In this document: positions 25,401-32,024 of the stretch, one piece after another | How positions within the stretch are numbered: the first letter of the stretch is position 1 | Layout: each line of letters opens with the position of its first letter | DNA from: a virus | Taxonomy: Duplodnaviria; Caudoviricetes | Reading direction: 5' to 3' (one strand) | DNA: 32,024 nt | IMG/VR virus record: IMGVR_UViG_3300024249_000023 | Span: 1 to 32,024 of that record | Program-made: the position numbers and the translations under genes | The notes under the pieces: model-generated | What the model was told of the DNA's origin: nothing | Database searches by the model: none | Seen by the model: only the letters and a program-made list of their open reading frames with translations

Positions 25401-25696
25401 TCGGACACCCCGTTTCCCGGCCCTGAGAGCGTCGCTTGATGCCCTGTGCCGCTGTCCGCACCCACATGCCCCCCTGACGGCTGGGCGGCCTGTGGCACGC
25501 TCTGAGGGGCCGCGTGGGCCTCGGCGAGTTCGCATTCCACGTCCATGGCGGTGGTGGCGGTTTCGATCTGGCGTGCGAGGCTACAGGCTCGCAGAGCGGC
25601 GACGGTGTTGGTGTCGGCGGCCTGTGCGTGGGCGATGAGCAGCAGGTCGGCGGCTTCGGCGACGAGGCGGAGGAGGTTGCGTTCGGTGTTGGTCAT
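25397..25696 (-). CDS. Hypothetical protein, 99 aa
   Basis: MTNTERNLLRLVAEAADLLL...; ATGA overlaps at both ends. Confidence 0.6.
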   Translation of the reverse strand: MTNTERNLLRLVAEAADLLLIAHAQAADTNTVAALRACSLARQIETATTAMDVECELAEAHAAPQSVPQAAQPSGGHVGADSGTGHQATLSGPGNGVSE

Positions 25697-25929
25697 CGGA
25701 GCGGCCTGATCCCGCCGCCGAGACACGAGAGGACATCGATCACGAGGTAGATGATCGCGATGATGACGATGGCGGCGATGAGGATGTTGATCACGCGCAG
25801 CACCAGGTCGCCGGTCACGCCGAGCCATCCGAGGACGTAGGGCAGCAGTAGTCTCAGGATTGCGACGACGGCACAGATGACGACGATCCACACCAGCAGC
25901 AGGAGGATCGCGGTGACCGAGAAGCACAT
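25693..25929 (-). CDS. Small two-TM membrane protein (holin candidate), 78 aa
   Basis: Two long hydrophobic helices and a basic C-terminus; coupled overlaps. Confidence 0.65.
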   Translation of the reverse strand: MCFSVTAILLLLVWIVVICAVVAILRLLLPYVLGWLGVTGDLVLRVINILIAAIVIIAIIYLVIDVLSCLGGGIRPLR

Positions 25930-26138
25930 CAGGCGGTCTCCCTGCTCTGCGCCATGTCTTCGGCGAGGCCGCTGATTGCGACAGCCATGGCGTAGAGGCC
26001 AGCAGCCTGGGCGAAGGCTGCGGCCAGGGTTGGGTTACCAGCCTGGAATGCCAGGGTGGCCTGATGTTCCAGCATATCGCGGTTTCTGGCGTTGTCCGCG
26101 CCAAACAGTTGCGGGCGTTCCTCGTCTGAGTGGGTCAT
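25929..26138 (-). CDS. Hypothetical protein, 69 aa
   Basis: TGATG overlaps on both sides. Confidence 0.6.
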   Translation of the reverse strand: MTHSDEERPQLFGADNARNRDMLEHQATLAFQAGNPTLAAAFAQAAGLYAMAVAISGLAEDMAQSRETA

Positions 26139-26560
26139 CAGGCGATCCTCTGTCTGGCGAGTTCCGCCCGGCGGCGTATTTCTTCGACCTCGTCCTGGGC
26201 TTCATGCTCGGCGTCGTGGCATGTTCGACACAGCACCATCAGGTCTTCGTCGAGTTCGCAGCCACGCCGTCGGTAGGTGAGATGGTGGACGTCCAGATGC
26301 TCCGTAATGCCGCAGTAGAAACATTTACCTTCGGCCACGGCCAAGGCACGGCGGCGCACGAGGTCCCAGTGTCTGGTTTTGAGGTATTGCCAGTACGGCA
26401 TGCGAAGCAGCTCGTCGGGATCTTCGCCGCTCTCGGACATGAGGCCAGCGCGGCTATAGCGTGACTCGATGAAAACGGACTGCCGCCGCCAGATGCCTTG
26501 GTAGTCGGCGGCCTCCACGAAGCTCGGCTTCGGTCCCAGGCCATAGGGATCATCGCTCAT
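26138..26560 (-). CDS. HNH endonuclease, 140 aa
   Basis: YWQYLKTRHW...CFYCG...LDVHHLTY...DLMVLCRTCHDAEH. Confidence 0.85.
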   Translation of the reverse strand: MSDDPYGLGPKPSFVEAADYQGIWRRQSVFIESRYSRAGLMSESGEDPDELLRMPYWQYLKTRHWDLVRRRALAVAEGKCFYCGITEHLDVHHLTYRRRGCELDEDLMVLCRTCHDAEHEAQDEVEEIRRRAELARQRIA

Positions 26561-27444
26561 GGCGCGACCCAGATGCCAGCCTGCTTGCGCATGGCGGCGA
26601 GATGGGCACCGACCAGCGGGCAGGCTTTGGGACGCACGGGCTTGGCGACCGACTGGCGTTGCACGTCTAGCGTGTGGCGTTTCTCACGAGGCTCGGCCGC
26701 TGCTCCAGACGGCGGAAGTGCATCCAGAATTTCCTTCAGGGCGTCCCGAGAAAACTCAGCCACGACCGGCGGAGGATTCTGCTCCGAATTGGCCTCTTTG
26801 CCCTCGCGCGCGGCTTCCTTACCTAAAGAAAGATATAAATCTTCTCTTTGTAGAGGTAGTGGTACGCTGGCAAAACGGGTGGCAAAATCCTGGCAAATGC
26901 CAGAAATCGGTGGCAAAGGCTCTGGCAAATTTGGTGGCAAATTTCTGGCATTTGCCAGGTTATCCACTGGCAAAGGCTCTGGCAAATTTCTGGCATTTGC
27001 CACACTTGGGTTGCTGGTCGGCTGCGGTATGACGTGGCGCCCGACAACCTCCGGTTGCTGCTGTGGTGCCGCCTTTGGTGTCGGTGGAGCGCTACCGTTG
27101 TTCGTATGCGAACGATGCTTGGCCTCGGCGCCACGCTTGCCGGCGTCACGGCGCTTGTCACTGATCTCCGTCCAGCGACGGCGCTCCCAGTCCATGCGCT
27201 TCTGGTGCAGCTTGCCGTCCGTGGGCGTGAAGAACCCGCACAACTTCGCCCAGACGCCTTTCCACGCCTTCTCGTCCAGCTTGACGATCGCCGCCAGTTC
27301 CTCGTGATCGTCAGGCAGCGGGCCGGTGCGCCAGTAGTGCATCAGCAACAGCACGTAGGCGCCGTGCTGCAGCGTCGTCAGGTGCATGGTGTCACCCAGA
27401 TAGTCGGCCACATAGAGCGGCATCCACTTGTCGTTGCTGCTCAT
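26557..27444 (-). CDS. YdaU/DUF1376-family replication initiator
   Basis: WMPLYVADYLGDTMHLTTLQHGAYVLLLMHYW..GPLPDD...L.QKR; ATGA overlap at 27444; internal repeats. Confidence 0.88.
   Translation of the reverse strand: MSSNDKWMPLYVADYLGDTMHLTTLQHGAYVLLLMHYWRTGPLPDDHEELAAIVKLDEKAWKGVWAKLCGFFTPTDGKLHQKRMDWERRRWTEISDKRRDAGKRGAEAKHRSHTNNGSAPPTPKAAPQQQPEVVGRHVIPQPTSNPSVANARNLPEPLPVDNLANARNLPPNLPEPLPPISGICQDFATRFASVPLPLQREDLYLSLGKEAAREGKEANSEQNPPPVVAEFSRDALKEILDALPPSGAAAEPREKRHTLDVQRQSVAKPVRPKACPLVGAHLAAMRKQAGIWVAP
26818..27002. repeat. Putative replication origin: TGGCA(AA) iterons, AT-rich tract, DnaA-box-like 9-mer
   Basis: TGGCA at 26868, 26880, 26891, 26911, 26923, 26935, 26946, 26968, 26980, 26991; AT-rich 26819-26852; TTATCCACT at 26960-26968. 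Confidence 0.75.
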
Positions 27445-27878
27445 GCCACCGCCCCCCGAAGCTCTGAAACCACCGCCGCGAACGCCGGATCTGCCGCCAT
27501 CAGCGCGTCCACACGCCGACACGCCTGCATCACGGTGGTGTGGTCACGGTTGCCAAATGCCCGCCCAATCGCCGGGAAACTGGCCGGCGTGGTGTGCCTC
27601 GCCAGCCACATCGCCACCTGTCTAGGTCGCGCCGACGCCTGCCGGGCGGATACCAGGTCAAGCGCCGTCGCCCCCATACGGGACGCGACCAGCCTCTGAA
27701 TGTCATGGATCGTCACAGACACACCTCTTGCGTTGCGGCCGGAGGCATGCGAAATGGGGGTTGCAATCTGTCCCAGTTCGCGGCCCCAGGCCGGTTTGAT
27801 CGTCTCAGTATCGCCCCGGTTCCAGCCGGGGCGTTCTGCTTTCATGGCACAGAAACGATTGAGTCGGAAGCCGCTCAT
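27441..27878 (-). CDS. Stand-alone DnaA domain IV (Bac_DnaA_C) HTH protein, 145 aa
   Basis: ARPRQVAMWLARHTTPASFPAIGRAFGNRDHTTVMQACRRV signature. Confidence 0.88.
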   Translation of the reverse strand: MSGFRLNRFCAMKAERPGWNRGDTETIKPAWGRELGQIATPISHASGRNARGVSVTIHDIQRLVASRMGATALDLVSARQASARPRQVAMWLARHTTPASFPAIGRAFGNRDHTTVMQACRRVDALMAADPAFAAVVSELRGAVA

Positions 27879-28282
27879 GACCCCTTCCCCAACTCAATGC
27901 CATTCTCTTTCGCCAGCCACTCGATGGCCTGCATAAACCGCAGATCCTCGGTCCACATCAGGAAGCTGATGGCATCGCCGTGCGCCCCGCAGGCAAAGCA
28001 GTGGTAGAAATTCTGGGGATACACGAACAGCGATTGGCAGAGTTCGCCATCCTCGTCACACCACGGGCAATCGCCGCGCCAGTGGCCACGCTCAAGCCGT
28101 AGCGCACCGACCCGGCCACGCATCACCCGCACCAGCAGATCGGGGACGCTCGGCACCCGCCGTGCTGCGACCAATTCGGCCTGGTGCTCCATATCGGCGG
28201 TTTCCTGATGGCACTGCTCGCACATGCCGGTACCGGGCCAGGTGATCGGGTTGCGTTCGCAGAGGAAGCAAACGTCGGTCAT
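27875..28282 (-). CDS. Stand-alone primase-type CHC2 zinc finger protein, 135 aa
   Basis: GDCPWC...FYHCFACGAHGDAISFLM..E.L.F.QAIEWLA, plus N-terminal CxxC...CxxC; no TOPRIM domain. Confidence 0.82.
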   Translation of the reverse strand: MTDVCFLCERNPITWPGTGMCEQCHQETADMEHQAELVAARRVPSVPDLLVRVMRGRVGALRLERGHWRGDCPWCDEDGELCQSLFVYPQNFYHCFACGAHGDAISFLMWTEDLRFMQAIEWLAKENGIELGKGS

Positions 28283-28797
28283 CCGAGCACCACACCGATG
28301 ATGGCGCTGTCGTCCTCGGTCATAGAGGCTGCTTCGTCCACCACCAGCTTGATTTTGTCGTGCTCAGCCTGCGAGCGGTTGATGAGGTTGAGCCGCAGCG
28401 CAAGATTTCGCCTACCTTCGGCAATCGAGCAAAGGTGCAGTGGTATCCACAGAATCCCCTTGTCGCCCTCCTCGTCATCCTCATCGTCGTCATCAGGCGG
28501 CTCGTAATTCTCCATCCCACGCAAAGCCGGCACCGCAATGCGATACGGCAACACCAGTCCAGGCAATAACGTGGGCGCCCCTGATGGCGCTACGGTCTTT
28601 CGCATTAGCCGCCGGGCGATTGGCTTGATCCATCCGGCGATCGCGCTGTCATAGTAGGCGGCACAGATCCCGCGTGCCGCCGGCAACGCCGCTTGCGCCA
28701 CCTGCTCGATGGTGCATTTCTGATCGCCGAACGCCCGAATCGTCTCCTGGATCAAAGCGATCAAGCGAGCACGGGTCAGCGCTTTCAATGACGCCAT
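28279..28797 (-). CDS. Hypothetical protein with acidic tract, 172 aa
   Basis: In operon with ATGA overlap; DDDDEDDEEGD tract. Confidence 0.65.
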   Translation of the reverse strand: MASLKALTRARLIALIQETIRAFGDQKCTIEQVAQAALPAARGICAAYYDSAIAGWIKPIARRLMRKTVAPSGAPTLLPGLVLPYRIAVPALRGMENYEPPDDDDEDDEEGDKGILWIPLHLCSIAEGRRNLALRLNLINRSQAEHDKIKLVVDEAASMTEDDSAIIGVVLG

Positions 28798-28800
28798 CGG

Positions 28801-29613
28801 TTATGGCTCCCCGAGATGTTCTTCGAGAACGACCAACCAAGTCCTGGCCACGCCTACGCATCGCCGTACGGTATCGGCCTGGAACGGTCGCAACGCATCC
28901 ACCACCACCTCAGGCTCGGGGGCGGCGAGGAAGTATTCCAATGCCCGCATCGCAGGCGCCGAAACACGTAACCGTTCCTCGGCCTGCCGTGATTCTTCCA
29001 TCGTTGATGGCGGATAGACCTTGCTGCCATCAGTAATGGCGGAGCCAAGGATGCAAGCGAGATGCTGGAATTGCGCCGGCTTGAGCTTCTTTCTGCCGGT
29101 CGCCTTACACAGATGATCCACGATCGTCGGAATATCCAATGCCGCGGCATCATCGGTGGCTTCTGCTGAAGCCTGCAACTCTGCAATGATGGCCTCGAAC
29201 TTAGTCCGTTCGGCTTGCATCGCCGCGACAATCAGCGCTTCAGCATCAGCCTTGGAGATATGTTCGCCATCCTCCGCGCGTTCTATCGCTTCGTCGCGTG
29301 CTTCCTGTGGCACGTCAGGAGCCGACAGGGCATAGAGGGCCGTGGCATCGATCGTCAGGCCGGTGAAATCCGCAACGCTTGCGAATTTGCGAGCCACCAG
29401 CATGTAGTTCTCGGCGGTTCGTTCCTTCCACCCAAATTCGCTATCGATCCAATCGAGCCAACCGCCGTGCGCAACCTCGGCCTTGGCCGCGATCAGTTCC
29501 CGTCCGATCTCGATGATGCAGGTGCGGGCCACGCCTACCAAGTCGCGGATGCGTTGTGCTCGCTCTGGCAGTGATACATCGAGCGACATTTGAATTGGTA
29601 GTTGCTCGTTCAT
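28801..29613 (-). CDS. DUF3102-domain protein
   Basis: IIEIGRELIAAKAEVAHGGWLDWIDSEFGWKERTAENYM signature; ATGA overlap at 29613. Confidence 0.85.
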   Translation of the reverse strand: MNEQLPIQMSLDVSLPERAQRIRDLVGVARTCIIEIGRELIAAKAEVAHGGWLDWIDSEFGWKERTAENYMLVARKFASVADFTGLTIDATALYALSAPDVPQEARDEAIERAEDGEHISKADAEALIVAAMQAERTKFEAIIAELQASAEATDDAAALDIPTIVDHLCKATGRKKLKPAQFQHLACILGSAITDGSKVYPPSTMEESRQAEERLRVSAPAMRALEYFLAAPEPEVVVDALRPFQADTVRRCVGVARTWLVVLEEHLGEP

Positions 29614-29843
29614 GCTGCCTCTCCGTCGATCACCGGCTGGCGATAGGCCCCCACCGGCTCGGCGCCGCCCGCTGGCTGATACAGCACCAACTCGACGCCG
29701 CCGGACACGCGGTGCAGCTCGCACAGGTAGCGCATGCCCCACACGACGATCTCGCCGTCGTAGCCGCCGGCTTCCAGCGAGGAGAGGATGCTGCGGGCGA
29801 TGATCAGCCGCCCAGGTGGCGCAGGGGGCTTGCGCGCGGTCAT
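29610..29843 (-). CDS. Hypothetical protein, 77 aa
   Basis: MTARKPPAPPGRL...; ATGA overlaps at both ends. Confidence 0.6.
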   Translation of the reverse strand: MTARKPPAPPGRLIIARSILSSLEAGGYDGEIVVWGMRYLCELHRVSGGVELVLYQPAGGAEPVGAYRQPVIDGEAA

Positions 29844-30238
29844 GACAGCCGCGCCCGCAGCGGTATCGCCGCCTCGAGTAGCGATGCTTCGACTTCCTCG
29901 ACGCTGCGGCACATGCAGACGGCAGCCCCGCAATAGATCAGCTTCCGGGCCATCTCGCGTTGCGCAGGAGACATGCGGCCATGAGGCGCCTTCAACTCAA
30001 TGAAGAAAGCCTTACTGCGGTAGATTACACAAAGATCCGGGATACCGGCCCTCAAGGCTTCGCCTTTCGCCCGCGCTCCAGCCTGCTTAGACCGCATCAG
30101 GCCATTTGGTATTGAGAAATGAATCGCTTCTGCCGGTAATGCGACACTGAGGAATTGGTGCACCGCACGCTGCAACAAAGACTCTAGCTGTTTGCGCTTA
30201 GGCGGATCAGGCAAGAGCGATGCTGTTGTGATGCTCAT
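29840..30238 (-). CDS. VRR-NUC (PD-(D/E)xK) nuclease, 132 aa
   Basis: ES.LQ...FSIPNG...AGIPDL...FIELKAPHGRMSPAQ...CRSVEEV. Confidence 0.88.
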   Translation of the reverse strand: MSITTASLLPDPPKRKQLESLLQRAVHQFLSVALPAEAIHFSIPNGLMRSKQAGARAKGEALRAGIPDLCVIYRSKAFFIELKAPHGRMSPAQREMARKLIYCGAAVCMCRSVEEVEASLLEAAIPLRARLS

Positions 30239-31062
30239 CGCCCATCTCTCCGCTCAGCACCATCACTGCGCAGACCAATTGCAATGAACCGCTCTCGCCG
30301 AGTGCGTTTCCATTCTGTGCGACACTCAGGGCAGTAGCGATAATGCCCAGCCGATATGCGTAGATGCCCGCGCAAGCAGAACTCCTTTCTGCCTTGACCC
30401 AGCTTCGCTATCGGTGGCTTGCTGCCACGACCCTTCCGGATCATGTCGGCTGTATTGTCTTTCTGCGTTCCGATAAAGAGATGTGCCGGATTGACGCAGG
30501 CGGGGTTATCACAGTGATGGCACGCCCCCATTCCATGCGGAACCGGACGACCATCTAGTTGCAGGGAGACGTGCGTTGCGGGTTTGAGAACCTGCTTGGA
30601 AATACGGAGTTGTCCGTATCCCTTGCGATCACAAGAGCCATCCCATAGCCAGCAACCGCTATTCGGCTCTGGCGACACATAATCCATAAACCTATCGGCC
30701 AAGGTTCGTTGGAAGCGCCGGTGTCTTAGGCCGAGATATTGAGCGTGCAACGAGGCCGCAGCGCGGCTCACGCCGATCTCGGCGGCAACCCGCTCCATCG
30801 ACAGCCCAATGGCGCATGCCCGGCGTAAGGCGTTGTCTTCGGCTGCCGTCCAATGGTGATAATCAGCGCTCTCCGCACGCTGGTGACTGCGCGCAATCCT
30901 TCGCAGCGCCCCTGCGCATAAGGGACTGCAAGATCTGGGGGTCGGCTTCTTGTCCACTCTCGCCAGAAACGGCTTGGCACAGTGCTCGCAAGTCAGAGCG
31001 ACCATTGGCCGCCGCCTAACCCCACGCTCGGGCACCAGCGAGGCCGTGACCACGCCGCTCAC
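30235..31062 (-). CDS. HNH homing-type endonuclease with N-terminal Zn-finger and HTH
   Basis: PEPNSGCWLWDG...GYGQL...ACHHCDNPACVNPAHLFIGTQKDNTADM..KGR; GTGA overlap at 31062. Confidence 0.85.
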   Translation of the reverse strand: MSGVVTASLVPERGVRRRPMVALTCEHCAKPFLARVDKKPTPRSCSPLCAGALRRIARSHQRAESADYHHWTAAEDNALRRACAIGLSMERVAAEIGVSRAAASLHAQYLGLRHRRFQRTLADRFMDYVSPEPNSGCWLWDGSCDRKGYGQLRISKQVLKPATHVSLQLDGRPVPHGMGACHHCDNPACVNPAHLFIGTQKDNTADMIRKGRGSKPPIAKLGQGRKEFCLRGHLRISAGHYRYCPECRTEWKRTRRERFIAIGLRSDGAERRDGR

Positions 31063-31373
31063 GGCCACAGCCCCGACGGCCAGGACCGCAGTAGCGGCGC
31101 CGTAGCGCGCTCGGAGCGGGCGACAGCAAGCTCGAACGCCAGCGTCCTCCGCGCCATCTCCAGTTCTGCCTCGATGTGCTGCGCCGCTGCCTCCGGGTGC
31201 GCAACAGCCTTGGACCGCGCCAGCTTCTGCTGCACCGCATCCTCGGTGCGCCCGAGCTTCGCGGCGATCTCCCGGCACGTCATGCCCTCGCTGGACCAGC
31301 GGATGGCGCTGCGCAGTTCCGACAGCGCCCAGAGAGGCCGCCAGCAACGGCCACGCATGTTGCGCCCGCTCAT
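31059..31373 (-). CDS. Small HTH protein, 104 aa
   Basis: W...ELR...EGMTCREIAAKLGRTEDAVQQK (GcrA/Myb-like HTH pattern). Confidence 0.7.
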   Translation of the reverse strand: MSGRNMRGRCWRPLWALSELRSAIRWSSEGMTCREIAAKLGRTEDAVQQKLARSKAVAHPEAAAQHIEAELEMARRTLAFELAVARSERATAPLLRSWPSGLWP

Positions 31374-31414
31374 CGCCGCGCCCGCCAGTGCCAGCGCAGG
31401 CGTTCGGCGATCAT
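31370..31414 (-). CDS. 14-aa mini-ORF MIAERLRWHWRARR
   Basis: ATGA overlaps with both neighbouring genes. Confidence 0.35.
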   Translation of the reverse strand: MIAERLRWHWRARR

Positions 31415-31806
31415 GCGGCACATTTTTGCCAGTCTCTCGCGCCAGCGCATGGCTGCTCCAGTGGGAGCCTAGGCTGCTCCTCCCGGTGTCTCTTGGCGGC
31501 AGCAATGGAACGCAGAGCCGTCGCTTTGCGTTCAAGTTCCAGGGCAACTCCGTCGAGAAAATCCGCCGCGCGAAATGCCAGCAGCCGGCGGCGCTCAGCG
31601 CCTATACCAACCGGGCCGTCGCGGTAGAACAGCCGGTGCATCCACCGCCGGGAGGTGCCGATCATCTCGCCGATCTGGTCCAGCGCCGTGAGCGTGCCGC
31701 GCCCCGTCCAGTTGGACGCCATCACGCAATCGCGCACGTCGGCCAGCGCCACCTCGATGTTGCGTTCGGTCTCAGCTTGGTGGCGAGCACGCTTACCTTT
31801 CGTCAC
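31411..31806 (-). CDS. Hypothetical DNA-binding protein at the cII position
   Basis: GGGGGA before GTG 31806 (start uncertain); ALDQIGEMIGTSRRWMHRLFY HTH-like segment; follows the cro-like gene. Confidence 0.55.
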   Translation of the reverse strand: MTKGKRARHQAETERNIEVALADVRDCVMASNWTGRGTLTALDQIGEMIGTSRRWMHRLFYRDGPVGIGAERRRLLAFRAADFLDGVALELERKATALRSIAAAKRHREEQPRLPLEQPCAGARDWQKCAA

Positions 31807-31906
31807 TGCGAGTCCCCCAATTATCGGTGCTGCGTCAGGAGGTGTAATAAGTGCGAAACAGTGTGCGGTTTGGTACATTCCTCCGTCTAGGTGAGGGTGT
31901 GCGAGG

Positions 31907-32023
31907 TCATGCGGCCTCGCACTCGATGGATCGCGTTGCGGCGCCACTATAGGAACGCGGTCGTTGAACAATCCCCAACAAGTCGTCGGCAGAAATGCCG
32001 AACACCGCACTGATCTGCGGCAC
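31907..32023 (-). CDS. 3' end of Cro/YdaS-like repressor (truncated by window edge)
   Basis: ...VPQISAVFGISADDLLGIVQRPRSYSGAATRSIECEAA*; typical Cro-like C-terminal helix and position. Confidence 0.55.
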   Translation of the reverse strand: MPQISAVFGISADDLLGIVQRPRSYSGAATRSIECEAA

Positions 32024-32024
32024 T

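Larger units (their letters stand above)
1..32024 (-). mobile_element. Temperate P22-like podophage/prophage segment (cro through replication, packaging, head, tail and ejection genes)
   Basis: Gene order terS-terL-portal-scaffold-capsid-adaptor-gp10-like-ejection proteins, no tape measure or sheath gene, and a lambdoid early region. No integrase or att site is inside the window. Confidence 0.93.

Noticed and set aside
26868-27002. Repeats considered as a CRISPR or other guide array
   Set aside because: Units are 11-12 bp with no unique spacers, lie inside the initiator gene, and no cas genes are present; iterons explain them better.
31063-31347. Long N-terminal extensions in the ORF track (also 27445-27522, 29614-29742, 25401-25535, 25697-26104, 31807-32010)
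   Set aside because: They overlap neighbouring real genes; starts at ATGA/GTGA overlaps or after SD motifs are more plausible.
1-32024. tRNA, rRNA, integrase/att, reverse transcriptase or DGR
   Set aside because: None recognised by eye; tRNAscan and HMM searches were not run.

Overview
The window is a large, continuous piece of a temperate, P22-like (short-tailed) phage or prophage. It is GC-rich and the host is probably an alphaproteobacterium (inference from composition and gene families). Almost everything is on the minus strand, with tight ATGA/GTGA/TAATG gene overlaps. Reading right to left: the 3' end of a Cro-like gene; early and replication genes (HTH proteins, HNH, VRR-NUC, DUF3102, a stand-alone CHC2 zinc finger, a stand-alone DnaA domain IV, and a YdaU/DUF1376 initiator with an internal iteron origin); a NusG/RfaH-like antiterminator; terS and terL; a four-gene insert that includes a sigma-70 region-4 HTH and an ART-PolyVal-like ADP-ribosyltransferase; portal, scaffold, N4-gp56-type major capsid, and a free-standing HNH; head-tail adaptor, several collagen/beta-helix fibre or spike proteins, and a gp10-like tail hub; a sulfotransferase-like/GNAT fusion; and three ejection proteins. 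A convergent plus-strand cluster of tiny secreted or membrane peptides lies at the left end. The most striking unexplained structures are RNA-level. (1) A ~200-nt, heavily base-paired element encoding a hidden 27-aa cationic peptide sits in frame inside the 5' end of the sulfotransferase/GNAT gene. (2) The capsid leader has three repeated hairpins, the last of which can alternatively pair over the capsid RBS. (3) Two copies of a leader element carry a hairpin that folds better on the antisense strand. All family assignments come from motif recognition by eye; no searches were run.
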